Of a stretch of DNA of 64,000 nt, positions 11,441 to 24,424 are shown in pieces. The notes beneath the pieces were generated by a model that saw only the letters and a list, made by a program, of their open reading frames with translations, was not told the origin of the DNA and searched no databases. The stretch comes from Lophium mytilinum. Taxonomy: Eukaryota. Both the position numbers and the translations under genes were made by a program. The stretch is from contig MU004191.1 of NCBI GenBank assembly GCA_010093605.1, positions 418,816 through 482,815 of the forward strand. The letters run 5' to 3'. The stretch's first letter is position 1; every line of letters begins with the position of its first letter.

Positions 11441-14400
11441 GTAAGGGGCAGGTAGATAGCTAGATTATATAATCTATCTTATAATATACCTAGCTAGTAG
11501 CTTTTTATAGCCTAAGTATAGTTCTAAAAGCCTTAAATATAATTTTAGATAGCGCCTTAGTAAGTCTATTAGCTATCTACTTAGTAGTTAGAATAAACTA
11601 TAGATTAACTAAGCTATCTAATTACTTTTCTCTTATAAAGTAATACTAGATATTAATATACTTAGTTCTAGTATAGAATTAAAAGTTCTTTACTAGTATA
11701 ATAGCTCTCTAGTTATTACTAAAGATAACTATAGCTTTAAATTCTTTACTATTCTCTATAAGCTTCTTAAGTAGTTATTATAGCTAGATAGCTTTTTTAG
11801 TTACCTATATCTTCTTTATATATTTAGCTTTATATAAAAAGAGTATAATAGTAGATTACTATTTTAATAACTAGCTTAAGGCGCTGCTACTAATATTAAA
11901 TATATAGCCTACTATAGAGCGCTAGGTTTCTATATTACTAGCCTAGTTAGTATTAGTATAGCCTTATAGAGGCTTAAGGTATTCTTAGTATACTAGCTTA
12001 TAGTTAATAGTACTCTTTAGATACCTTATAATATACTTAATAGCTATAGTATAGGCTAGAGCTAGATTTACTATATACTAGCTATAGATAGATACTATAA
12101 AGATAATATCTAGGCGCGTTTTAAGTATAGTATATATAAGTAACCTAATTATACTAGTATACTATTTTCTATTAGCTTTACTAGCTTAGTAGCTATCTTT
12201 ATAGGCTTTAAACTTCTCTATCTATATTAAAGTAGTATTTAGCTTTAAATTATATAGCCTAAATTACTCTAGTACTTCTTAAAGGTATACCTTTTAATTT
12301 AGAATAAAAGTATACTACTACTAGTCTCTTCTTACTTTTATTTCTAGGTAGAAGTAGTATAGGCCTAGGTTAGTTATCTTAAAGTATTTATTAAGCTTAG
12401 CTTTTAGCTAGGTAATCTCTATACTTAAAGGGCTAGTAATTAAAAGGTTATTAATATATATAGTAATATATATATTTTCTTTAGTAAAGATTCTATACTT
12501 AGAGTCTAAGGGGTAAAAGTCTAGCATTTTAAGAAAGCTAGATAGTATTTAGTACTAGATCTAAGGTAATTACTTTAGCCTATATAAGGCCTTTTTAAGT
12601 TAGTAGACCTACTTTCTAGTCTCTAGACCTTCTAGTTAAATAATATAGATTTCCTTATTAATATTACTATATAGAAAAGCTATTTTAATATTTATTTACT
12701 TAATTTCTAGGTTTAAAGTAGCTACTATTATAAAGAGCGCCTTATAGCTTATAGGTTTTACTATAGAAATAAATATCTTATTATAGTTAACTCTCTCTTT
12801 CTAGTAAAAACCTTAAACTACCTATTAGGCTTTATAGTAGAGGATTTTACTACTAGTACTACATTTAATTTTATATATTTACTTACTACCTAGTACCTTT
12901 TTATATATAGGTTAGCTTACTAGACTCTATATTTTATTACTTTCTAGTAAGTCTATTTCTACTTTTATAGCCTTATACTACTATTTTTAGACTTATATAT
13001 CTTAATAAGCTTTTTAGTAGCTATAAGATTCTATTAGTACTACTATACTCTATAAGGCAGTTTTAAGTAGGCTAAATAGTAGGCTATACTATAGTATAGA
13101 GATATTATAGTATATACCTTTATTAGCCTATTTAGATACTTAAAGTACTAGTATATAGTATTTAAAGGCTTCTAAATCTACTAGGTAGATATTTTTATTA
13201 TCTTTATCTTTATCTAGTATAAAGGTTTCTAGAAAGGCTTCTCTATTAAAGTCTATATCTATAGGTAGTATACTAGGCTTATTATTCTATAGTTTAATAC
13301 TTAGTAATAGTAGTATTTCTACTAGTAGTTCTAGGCGCCTTCTACACGCTATAGGCTCTAAGTCTAAGAAAGAATTATTATTCTTATTATTACTATCTCC
13401 TCTACTTCTAGGGCTAGAAGCTTTCTTAGAAGCTAATATGCGGGGTCTCTTTACTAGCCTATTTTCTTTAGCTAGTAGAGTAGCACCTATTATATTTAGA
13501 ACTATTTTAAAGTTATTAAAAGTTTTCTTTATATAGGGCCTATCTTCTAGAAATACTATATTACTAGACTAAATTAAAATACCTTAGGGGTTAATAAGAA
13601 GGTAAATATAAGCTCTCTTATATCTAACTAGCTAGTAGATTTCTACCTAGTTATCTAGAAACTTTTTACGGCGCTTTAGTAGTACTAGTATATAGTACTT
13701 ATACTCTAATATATAGAAATAGCTAATATTTAGCTTATCTTCTATCTATTTCTTATAGAAGGTTATACTAATAATAGTACTTAGAGACTAGTTATAAATC
13801 TTAATAATAGATATAAGAATATATAGCTAGTACTTCTATTCTAGATTACTAAACTATATTATAGAGTTAAGTTTATTTATAAAAATATTATTTAGAACCT
13901 TAGCCTTACTATTTTACTAGTACTAATTACGCCTAGTAGGCTTAATAATAATTCTATAATTTATATAATATTAGTAGAAGCTACTATTCTAGTTTTCTTC
14001 TAACTAGTTAAGTCTAATCTATTATACGCGGCGTTTTATAGTTTTATACCTTTCTAGGAAATTATAGAAGGCTTTAAAGAAGTCTAATTTCTTAATAATA
14101 GAATATACTTCTATAATCTATATAAAATTATTAAGAAAGGTTATCTAATACTTTTCCTTATAGTATTCTAGGTATAGAAATAATCTATAGATATCTATAT
14201 AGATTAGCTCTAAAGGGGCCTTACTTTTTTAAATTAGGTAATTATAAGGCCCTCTCTTTATTCTTTTAAGAACATAGTCCTTATATAGGCACCCTAGGGG
14301 GTTCTTATCTATTCTAATAGTTATCTTAGATAGCTTTTTAAGGCTATCTTTATCTAGATAGGCTATCTACTTATACTAAATAATAAGATTAGGGTTAAAG

Positions 14401-17111
14401 AGTATAAAGGCGGTAAGAGTAAAAGTAGATAGCTTCTAGTATTAAATATTAAAAATATAGAGACTATACTAGTAGAGAAAGTTAAAAGTAGTACCTATAG
14501 TAGTAAGAGTACTACTATTTAGGCTAAAATTCTATAAAGCTTACTTATCTATTAGCTTAGAGATAGAAATTAAATTAGCGCCTATATTAGAGTAGAAGAG
14601 TATATTAGTAAGCTAAAGGCTTACTTCTACTCTATTAATATTATAGCGGAGGTTTAAGGTACTAGTACTTCTAGAGTATACCTAGAATTTTTTAATTCTA
14701 CTAATAGATAGCCTACTATACTTCTAGAGCTTTATAAAGTTACTCTATTATATAGAGTAGATCTAGCTATATCTAGTATTAGTAATATATATCTCTATAA
14801 GAAAGGTATCTACTATACTAGTAGTAATAGCTATTAGGCCTATATAGTAGATTAGTAAAGATTATATTAAATATATAAGAAGTATAGTACTACTACTTTC
14901 TTTAGTAGTAGTATTATCTTTCTCTTTTCTACTCTTTTTCTATTTCTTCTTAGATAGCCTACTACCCCTTTTTTCTTCTACCTTTCTCTTTCTATTCTAT
15001 TTCTTTTTAAATTCCTTCTTAAGCTCTAGATAGAGCTTCTAGTATATAGTAGCTATATAGTAAGTCTTATTATAGTAGCTATAGAGGTTAACCTAAATTA
15101 TTATTTTATTAGAGCTAGCTTTTAGAAAGGTAAAGCCTTTCTTTAATACTAAATTATTTAGATAAGTCTACTTTTATTTCTCTACTATCTTATAAACTTT
15201 AGTAAAATTAACAGCCTTCTTAACTATAGTGCTAGGGCTATCTTCTATATTTTTATTTACTAGCTTAGTAGTTACTATAATAGAGTGCTTAGTATTATAG
15301 ACTTCTACTTATAAGGCCTAGTTAGGCTCTAAACCTCTTAGATACTTATTAATAAAGAAAGGTTTAGAAACCTTTCTATTATTACTAAATAATATAAGGT
15401 TTTTATAGGCTTTATATATCTAGTTAGTATATTTAGTAATATTATTAAACTTAGCTAAGCTTAACTCCTTATACTCTCTTTTAAACTTATTAAAAATAGT
15501 AGCTCTAGTTAGTTAAAATTTCTTCTAGAGAGCTATTATTATTTAGTTTACTATCTTATAATTCTTAATAGTATTCTTAGAGTTCTATCTAAGCTAGTTA
15601 GTAATAATACTATATACCTACTTATTTTTATCTACCTAGTTATTTTACTAGCGTTGCTTTTTAATAGCGTTTAAGTCTATTATTTTACTATTAATAGGCG
15701 CGGCCTTTTAATAAGTAAGGGGCTCTTTAAGCCTACTTCTTATAATATAGTTTTAGATTTCCGCGTTCTACTAAATCTAGTTAAAGAATAACTTAAGGCA
15801 TTATATGCGCTTAAGGCTGCTAGCGCCTTTCTTTTCTATTCTAGATATTCTTAATAGAAGTCTTAGAATAGTAATAGAGAGACTCTTTAGAGCTATAGTA
15901 GAGATAAAGGCGGAGGCGGAGGTAAAGGTAACTAGTATATTAGTAATAATAGTAATACTATATATAATAGAGATAATACTATATAAAATAAAAGGTTAGA
16001 AAAGGATAATAATAAGAATAAGCTATCTAATAAGATTAATAGCGGAGGTAGTTAATAATATAGATAAGTTTTAGAAAGGGAATTAGAATTAGAATTAGAA
16101 GAGGTAAGATAAGCCTATTTTTAAAGCTGTTAATAGGGTTTTAGAAACTTAGATAGAGAAATAGATATAGTAGCTCTTTTTTACTTAAGAGGCTTATAGT
16201 ATTATTAAAAAGTAATAAAACTCTTATTAGTCTTTAAGATATTAGTATCTATATAGTATCTAGTAGAAGAATTTAAATAGAGAGAGCCTAGGGGAGTATT
16301 AACTTTTAAACTAAAGAGCTTAAAGTTACTAGCTTTTAATAGTTCTAAGTTCTTAGTAGTATAGCTAGATATTACTATTAGTAATAGTTTATTAAGAGGC
16401 TTAAAGAAAGTGTCTTAGGGTAGTTCTATAAAGAGTAAAAGTAAGCCTAAATTTTTAAAGTCTTAAATAAGATAAGAAAAATAGTAAAGATTAAAAAAGT
16501 ATAGAAGATAAGCTAGTTAAAGGGGTCTTAGTTAAAGAAACTAAAGTAATAGTAATAATAGAGGAGAAGAAAATATAGTAGTAGGGCTAGTATACTTATC
16601 TACTCTCTAAATTAGCCTTCTAAATTAAAAGGGGCTAGGTAAGTAGATAGCTAGTTTAGAAGTCTATATTATAAGAGGTTAATAAAAAGAAGAAGGTTAG
16701 TATTTTAATAAGGTTAGATAAGTATAAGGTTAGGCTAGTAGCTAGTATACTAAAAGAGGCGCTAGCTATATAAATAATACCTAGCCTTTTCTAGCTCTAT
16801 TAGCTAGCCTCTTAGCTAGCCTCTACTATAGTAGTATTTAGCCTCTAAGGCCTACTATCTACCTACCCCTTTTATTTCTAGCTTCTAATTTTAGGCTTTA
16901 AAAATAGGGCTAGAGGTAACTAGACCTCTCTAGGCTAGCTACTAGGCGCTAATAGTAATAGTATTAGTATAAACTAATAGTAGGCTATATAGTAGAAGTA
17001 GCTATAAGGCTATTAATAGTGCCCTTCTATTAAAATTTTATATTAGAAGTAGAAGCTTTTTAGCTAGATTAAAGGTAACTTAGCTCTAGTTATACTTCTA
17101 GGCTTATAATC

Positions 17112-17275
17112 TATTAAAATTAGTTATATAATATAGGTAGTATATAAGTAATATAATTAATTATATAGTAAGCTATCTATAGGTGGAGCTATAGCTATAT
17201 AGCTAGAGCTATAGGGGGCTGGAAAGATCGCTACCTAGCTACCTATTTCCTAGTACCTTGTACCGAATTTTGATA
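17112..17275 (-). repeat. 5' LTR of the copia element (164 bp)
   Basis: Direct repeat of 9227-9390 differing by transitions; flanked inward by the PBS-like sequence. Confidence 0.93.
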
Positions 17276-17859
17276 GATTGGTGCAGGTATTGAAGCTGCT
17301 ATCCGACAACTAAGGGTCTTGGGAGTTGATTCCCGCCATCTGATTGACTGGAAACAGTCACCCATTACTTGCCTTAATTCACAGCGATGTGTCTTTTAGA
17401 GGAATACGAGACTGTACAAATGCTGTAACAAGGAAAAGAAAAGTCCGCACCGCCAGGAACGCGGACCCGTACCTGTCTCGGGGCCAGATCGAAATAGAAA
17501 CATAACCAGCAGTTAATAAGGTAGCGTGCCCAAGAACCGGTATATCAGCCAAGCGACCACCGTAAAACATACTATGGAATATAGTGATGATGTTCGAGAT
17601 CGCGATAGAAGCGACGAGGGTTGATTGAGCAGCAGGGGCCTGAATGGACCGACGAAACGAGGCAATCAACCTTGACTTAGCCACTTGCCTTGATGCAGCA
17701 GGTGAAGGCGGTCGACTCTCTGCCCTTTCCCATCGTATTGATTTCCTGAACGTCCAGATGTCCAGATGATATTCGAAAGCCTAGAACAAGCCGGTCGAAG
17801 CTTGAGCACATGGCAGAATCTAAGAGCAATGAATCGAGCAGCTCTCGATTCATTTAGAA

Positions 17860-18450
17860 CAACACCTAATTGTAGTATTGTAGCAAGCAGTCAGCGGGGT
17901 AAATGTTTTTAAAGCAGTAATAGGTTTTCGGTCCATGTTCTTGGAATTAGACTGAGAGCGCAGGCGAAAGGCACACGTAGGGTCCATTCTATGGGTATAC
18001 ATGGTAGATTCTAGACCGAGAGCGTAGTGCATATAAAATGTAGACTTCGGGGACTGATGCAGGATTTTAACACAAGTTTAAGGATTTAGGCCGAAAGCGT
18101 AGGTAGAAAGGATGCGTGTAGGGCTCACGCTGCGGGTATAAGTGGTAGATCCTAGACTGGCAGCGTGGCACACATAGCGGGTAGATATATCCCTAGAATT
18201 AGGTAGGCTTTTGGTTTGAGTACAAAGAATCAGACCCAAAGCGTATGTAAAAGACACATGTAGGGTTCACGCTATGGGAGAATCATTACCGAGAGCGTGG
18301 AGTAGACGAAGTGCAATTACCTAGGCCGAGGGTAGGATGTCGGCTTTAGTTCGAGGAACTAAACCGAAAGTGCAGGTAAAAGAGGTACACATCGGGTGTA
18401 TACACAGGGTATAAATAGTAGATGTTAGACCGAGATTGTGAAGTCGAAGA
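17860..18450 (+). repeat. Degenerate tandem array, ~141-bp period, ~4 copies
   Basis: Core GTAGGG(T/C)(C/T)CA...GGGTATA..TGGTAGAT recurs at 17977, 18118, 18260 and ~18391. Confidence 0.8.
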
Positions 18451-18672
18451 GACAGTACAGTATCTTACTATAGACATCCGTAGACGTTCGAATGCTGAAA
18501 ATACGACGAGGCTCTTCAGTCATAGAACGTCTTGTGGTACTCAAACCAAAACTGTTAATACTACATCCCCCTCCCCCGCTCTATCCAAGTCAAGCAGCGA
18601 GAAATGCTCTGTTTTACATCTCCCAGCCATACCTCCTCGGGAGACAAGACGTATATACACACCAACCCGCCC

Positions 18673-20774
18673 TTAGCAAGACCAAACCCCAATCATTCCA
18701 TTCTTCCGTCCCTCAACCATGTACCCGTCCTTGATACGCACTGTCTCAATCGTCGAAAGCACGCCCGCGTCCTCGTCGGCGCCCACGCCCGGCCCGCAGT
18801 TCCAGTGGCGGCCGTCAGTCTTGTCATAGACCTTGACAACGTCCTCGCCGGCGGCGGAGACGATGCGGCGGTCGTCGAACATCATGCTTGTGACGGGCTG
18901 GTCGTAGGCGTAGGCGTCATATATGGAGCCAGTGCGGAGATCCCAAATCTAGGTTTTTGTTAGCTCCAGCGTCGTTATAGTAGTTATGATAGGTCTTCAA
19001 GCACTTACGCGAATACTTCTGTCCAGACTTCCGGTGACAAGATGCACATCGTCGAACTGCAGGCAAGTGACCGGTCCAGTGTGGCCCACAAGACTTCGAT
19101 GGACCTGCCCACTTCGTAGATCCCATAATCGGACCATGCCGTCCGCGGTTCCACATGCTAGTGCTGCGTCGAAAACCTGCAGGGCACCAACAAAGTCGGC
19201 TTCTACGTCTGGCAGACGACCTGTCTGGCGCCATTGACTGCTGTTTGCGTTCAGGGCCGCCGAAGCTTGCGCTGCGGCCCAAAGGACGTCGAGGGTCTGG
19301 ACGCAGCGTCCCTTGACTAGATCCCATTGCCGGAGCGTCTTGTCCGCTGAGCCTGACACAAGGGTGTCTCCACGGAAATTGAGGGCGGTGACTTCATCCA
19401 TGTGAGCTTCCAAGGAGAATAATGGGCAGTCCTGCATTATAGTTGGGGGAGGAGGGGGTGGTGCATCTTCCGAGTTCTCGAATGTCAACCCGTCTTCGTC
19501 TTCTTCGCCCTCTTTGTTTATTCGATTGTCTTGCGGTGCGTATTCTGCTTTGCTGAGATCCCAGAGTCGAATAGAGGCATCCCTGGAGCCTGTTGCCACA
19601 ATATTGTCTTCCACCTGCAAGCACCGCACCGACGAAAGGTGGCCTTCCAAAAGCCCTATACATCTCCCCGCACTAAGGTCCCAAACCCGTACGGTGTCGT
19701 CCAGTGCGGAGGTTACTAATGTTCCCCATGGTACATCGAAATCTAGGGCGGTGATAAGATCATTGTGAGCAGGCAACTCTCTGATCTTCGATCCAGGTTC
19801 CAATTGCTCGTGTAGTATAGGCATATTCACTTTCCTCGCTACACGCCGCCGTTTACTCTTTGGCGAGGAAGGTAGTTTTTCGTATATCGACTCGGACATG
19901 AAGTCCCCTGATGCTGCGTCTGGACTTGAAGCCATGCTAGGGACCTTGTGTGCCAAAGCAGCAGCGTCCTCTAGCTCTTCTTGAAGGTCTTCCAGCCTAT
20001 TATCCACGTCCAAAAGCTCATGCTCCAGATCAGCTTCCTCCATCTCCAAATTACCTAAGCGGTCTAGGACCATCTTGCGCATCGTGTTTAGATTGGCGAT
20101 TTTGTTGTCGATCTCGTGAATCTCAGCCGCACACATGTGTCTTCGCACGCCCATCATCTCCAACCGGTGATTCATACTATTTCTCTCATTTATGAGCTTC
20201 TCGAGCGACGGGGGTAAGTTCGGATCGTCTTCGGCCTCCCCTAATAATTTCTGCCCCCGTGAACGCCCCTGCTTTCTTCGCTGTTGCTCGTCTTCCGGCA
20301 TCGAAGCCTGGAAGCCTTGGAACAGCGAATATACATTATTATCCTCTGGAATGTTGTTAAGGAGCTCGTCGGGGAGGAACGTGAGGGCACGATGTTGTAT
20401 CTCTGGCACGGATATCCTCTGCCGCACCATGTCCCGCGGCGTAGTCTGCGCGAACGAGAAGACCGAGCGTTGCAGCATGGGCCGTCGTAGTTCGCGGTGG
20501 AGGTCGCCGAGAGCGCTTTGGTAGTGTTGGCTCACACTTCCTTCTCCCAGTGGTGCGCCTATCAAGTGCCCAGCAGTGGCGGTGACCTTTCGTCCAAAGG
20601 CTTCGAGCTGGCGGGTCTGCAAAGTTTAGCTAACAGGCACCGCGATTGAGCCTGGCAGGAACGCAGACTGACAGGAAGACCGTCGGTGATGCTGGACTCG
20701 TCGTCGAAGGGGCTCATGGGTCGGGGGCTGATTGATCTGCCTCGAGCCGGCGAGACATCGCGGTCGGTGGCCAT
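18673..20774 (-). CDS. MDV1: Mitochondrial fission adaptor Mdv1/Caf4 (coiled coil + WD40); exons 20774-20673, 20616-19009, 18948-18673
   Basis: N-terminal YSLFQGFQA motif, coiled coil, and WD repeats ([45 protein letters not shown]). Canonical introns. Confidence 0.92.
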
Positions 20775-21068
20775 AACAAAGGCGCTAGAAGGCTGTGCGG
20801 GATGTGTGAAGCTCTAGAAGTGAACGGAGGTCATCCCTGCAGGGTAACGAGAGCGGTATGCCGTGGGTGGCGGAGGGCGGTGGGGATGAAGTCTGGCACG
20901 CGTGGTGGAAATGTTCCTTGGTGTTGATGTGAAGTCGGCTGTGGCTGGTGCGTCATTCCCATTCCCTGCCCGAGTCGGCTTGACCTGCATGCTGACTGCG
21001 AGTCCATACAAGAGGCAACGGCACAGCTCACGATATCAATTGACCTTCTTCACGCCTAGGGGGACAGT

Positions 21069-21983
21069 ATGGACGCGGCTATAGACCTCTCGGATGCCTC
21101 CAAGGCTCTAGACTTGGCTAATATCCGCTTCCAGCTCATGTATGTTCATATATTCCCCTCTACACAGTTCTGAAGATACACAATAAGCTGACTGCGGGTA
21201 GTCGACTTGAAGACACTGTCGTTTTCCACTTCATCGAAAGAGTCCAGTTCCCTCTGAATGGGACCATCTACCAGCCTGGCGGCGTTCACATTCCAAACAG
21301 CGACTTGAGTCTCTTCGACTGGATGCTTCGCGAGCAGGAACGCTTACAGTCCCTCGTCCGTCGGTACCAGTCTCCAGACGAATACCCATTCTTCCCAGAA
21401 GCCCTCCAGACTCCCATCCTGAAGCCATTGAACTACCCACAAATCCTCCACGCAAATAACGTCAACGCGAACAAGAAGCTGAAGGAAAGCTACATCGAAC
21501 ATATTCTCCCTGCGGCCTGTCTGCAACTAGGGAGAGCGGAAAGAGGGGAGGCCCAAGAAAACTACGGCTCTGCAGCTACTTGCGATGTTACATGTCTACA
21601 GGCTCTCTCCAGGCGCATCCATTTTGGGAAGTTCGTAGCAGAAGCCAAGTTCAGGAAGGAGACGGAGCGCTTCGTGAAGCTTATAAAGGAAGAAGATAGA
21701 CAAGGTATTGATGAGGCTATCACAGATGCGAAGGTAGAAAAGAAGGTGTTGGAGAGGTTGCGCTTAAAAGCAAAGACGTACGGTACCGATCCAGACGGGG
21801 GTGTGGACAACACAGTCAAAATCAACGTAGACGCTGTGGTAGCAATGTACAAGGTATTAGACAATGGCTCGAGTAAAAGTAAACAAAGGCTGAATACGAA
21901 TCTAGGATTGGGTAATACCATTGACGAAAGAGGTCGAAGTCGAATATCTCATGGAGCGGCTAAAAGGTACAGAATGGGAGTGA
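21069..21983 (+). CDS. ARO7: Chorismate mutase (eukaryotic AroQ type), 3 exons
   Basis: [70 protein letters not shown] after splicing. Confidence 0.95.
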
Positions 21984-22516
21984 TGGCAGCTTCACCCTTC
22001 TCACGACACTCAATATCAGGAGGGACGAGCATAAGCAGCCCGGTGTCTGCGGATCTCATGCGGCGATTGTGCACGTACTTCATTCGCAATTTTGGGGACA
22101 GACTTTAGGCCTGGATATTTCCTCTCGATCGTTCTAGGTCAGAACAAACTGTGCATTTCCAAATGAGGAGACTATTACAGGAGTATTCGGTGACTAAACG
22201 TGAAGACGGGAGATCCTAGATTTTATATAGATCAAGTGCAGGGGCCATATGGTTGTTTTAGGGTTCAGCGTTAGATCTCTCAAGGTGTAATACAAATCCT
22301 TAGACGCCCCCGTAGTATGCACCTGAAACTCATAGATGAAATCCATAGATGTCTTCTGTTACAGAATCCAGTTTCAACGAAATGCCGTCTTGGAACTCTC
22401 CTGCGTAAACTGTGAAACCGGCGTTTAGAAATTAGCCGATCTGGCCCTTCCCCTATAAATAACGCTGGTGCCCCTTGCCCGTCAACCTCATCAATTCCCA
22501 ACGGCACAGTACCAAG

Positions 22517-23925
22517 ATGAATATAGTACATCAGGCCCTCGATCTCGCGAGTAATCCAAAACACACACGATGGCTATCTCCTCTTCTCCTAGTAGCAGAT
22601 GCTGTTCTTTGCGGGCTGATAATATGGAAAATCCCTTGTTCGTAAACCATCACCAAATACGAAAACCATGCAACTAATAAATGCGCAGATACCGAAATTG
22701 ATTGGACTACATACATGGAGCATATCGAGATCTATCTAAAAGGCGAGCGCGACTACAGAAAAATTGAAGGCTCGACTGGTCCGCTCGTCTATCCCGCTGT
22801 TCATGTTTACATCTACCGTGCGCTCTATGCGCTCACCAATCACGGGACCGACATTCAGCTAGCACAGATCATCTTCGGGTTGGTGTATCTAGTCACTTTA
22901 GCTGTGGTTATGGCATGTTACCGGATGGCCAAGGTTTGAATTCTCATCAAGGCTGTTTCAAGATGCCGCTGACAAGGCTTAGGTGCCTCCATATGTCTTT
23001 CCGCTGCTCATCTTATCGAAAAGGCTGCATAGCATTTTCTTGTTACGATGCTTCAATGACTGCTTCGCAATTTTTGGTCTCTTTCTTGCCGTCTTTGCCT
23101 ACCAAAGGCGGTGGTGGTATGCTGGGTCGTTCTTCTACACCACAGCTCTAGGTGTGAAGATGACCGTGCTACTGCCTCTTCCAGCTATCGGCATAGTTCT
23201 ACTACAAGCTTTGGGCACAACACCAGCTTTCACGCAAGCATTCATCATGTTCCAGGGGGCTGTACGTCACTTGCAATCTCTCTACCTCTCCATATTAACG
23301 TGTGCAGGTCGCCTACGGGTACCCCTTCTTGCATTATCATACTCCCTCCTATCTTGGAAGAGCGTTTGAGTTCACAAGACAGTTCATGTACAAGTGGACT
23401 GTCAACTGGAGATTTGTCGACGAGGAAACATTTCTGTCAAGACCGTTCGCACTGTCACTGCTAGCAGCACACGCGGGTCTTCTAGCACTATTTGCCATCA
23501 CACGCTGGACGAAACCTTCTCAACGACCTTTCAAGGAGTTTTTGTCTCTAATCTGGAACGAGCCCATCGACCAGAACACCATCGGTAGAAGAGTCTCGCC
23601 CCGTTTTGTCATGACTTCCATCCTCACCGCAAACATCATCGGCATGCTTTGTGCAAGATCGCTCCACTACCAATTCTATGCCTATATCGCCTGGGTCACC
23701 CCGTTTCTACTGTGGCGTGCTGGCCTGCATCCGATCCTTCAATATGCTCTCTGGGGTGCGCAAGAGTGGGCGTGGAATGTGTATCCTAGTACTCCAGCGA
23801 GTTCAATGACTGTCGTAGGAGTTCTTGCAACGACGGTTGCTGGGGTGTGGTGGGGTACGAGGAACGAGTTTGAGGACGTTATGACCAACGGTGGGACAAG
23901 GCCTCAGCATGATCATGTCGAGTAA
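22517..23925 (+). CDS. ALG3: Dol-P-Man:Man5GlcNAc2-PP-Dol alpha-1,3-mannosyltransferase, 4 exons
   Basis: [65 protein letters not shown]. Confidence 0.95.
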
Positions 23926-23960
23926 CTTGGAAAGGTTCGAAATGCGGTACGAGCGCCAAT

Positions 23961-24424
23961 TCAATCTTCTTCGTCTGAAACTTCCGGAGGTAGCTTGCCA
24001 ACCGTCGACTCGTCTTCATCACTGCCCTCGAGGTATGACGACTTTTTCGCAAACTCAGCGGGCCTAAGACTGACGTTAGACTATGTGGCAAATCTGAGAG
24101 GCGGTTTACTTGCCAATACTTCTGCTTTCTCCAAGCCCGCTCGTCCCTGACCACGTTGATTATCTCTCCATCCAGCTTGTTCTCCCGGTCAGCCAAGGCA
24201 GTCGTGTCAACTAGCACAAATGACCCTCGCTTTATCCAGATGGTAGAGCGAAAGCGAGCAGGAAGCTCAACCAAGATGGCCTGGCTTGATGGAAGTTCTG
24301 CATTATACAAGTTGTTGCCCGCAGCCTTGACTATTCGTGCAATGGACTCGCCCTCTGTCAGCGTGTCCGGCGGCGTTAACGTCTCTTCAGCTGTCGCAAG
24401 TAGGTTTCTCTTTGGGCGGCCCAT
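23961..24424 (-). CDS. eIF1A-like S1/OB-fold RNA-binding protein (EIF1AD-like); exons 24424-24114, 24063-23961
   Basis: IARIVKAAGNNLY...LVELPARFRSTIWIKRGSFVLV...GEI; the YWPAEF end and acidic tail require a GC-AG intron. Confidence 0.85.

Larger units (their letters stand above)
9227..17275 (-). mobile_element. Full-length Ty1/copia LTR retrotransposon, heavily RIP-mutated (8,049 bp)
   Basis: 164-bp LTRs at both ends and a 5-bp TSD (GATCG 9222-9226 / GATTG 17276-17280). PPT (AAGAGGGAG on minus) next to the left LTR; PBS-like GATTATAAGCC (de-RIP GGTTATGAGCC) next to the right LTR. De-RIPped minus-strand motifs occur in copia order: gag CCHC knuckle ~15020-15085, WHxRxxH ~14350-14378, RT LKKALY(G)LK(Q)(S)P(R)I(W)Y ~12552-12599, RNase H A(D)(G)LTKAL ~11550-11579. 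Extreme AT and TpA enrichment. Confidence 0.95.

Noticed and set aside
15805..15999. 64-aa hydrophobic ORF on + strand
   Set aside because: Lies inside RIP-mutated retrotransposon DNA, antisense to the gag start; Ile/Leu richness is a RIP artefact.
17860..18450. Repeat arrays as CRISPR-like repeat-spacer loci
   Set aside because: Whole ~143-bp units are homologous and degenerate, there are no identical short repeats with unique spacers, the context is eukaryotic, and no cas-like genes are present.
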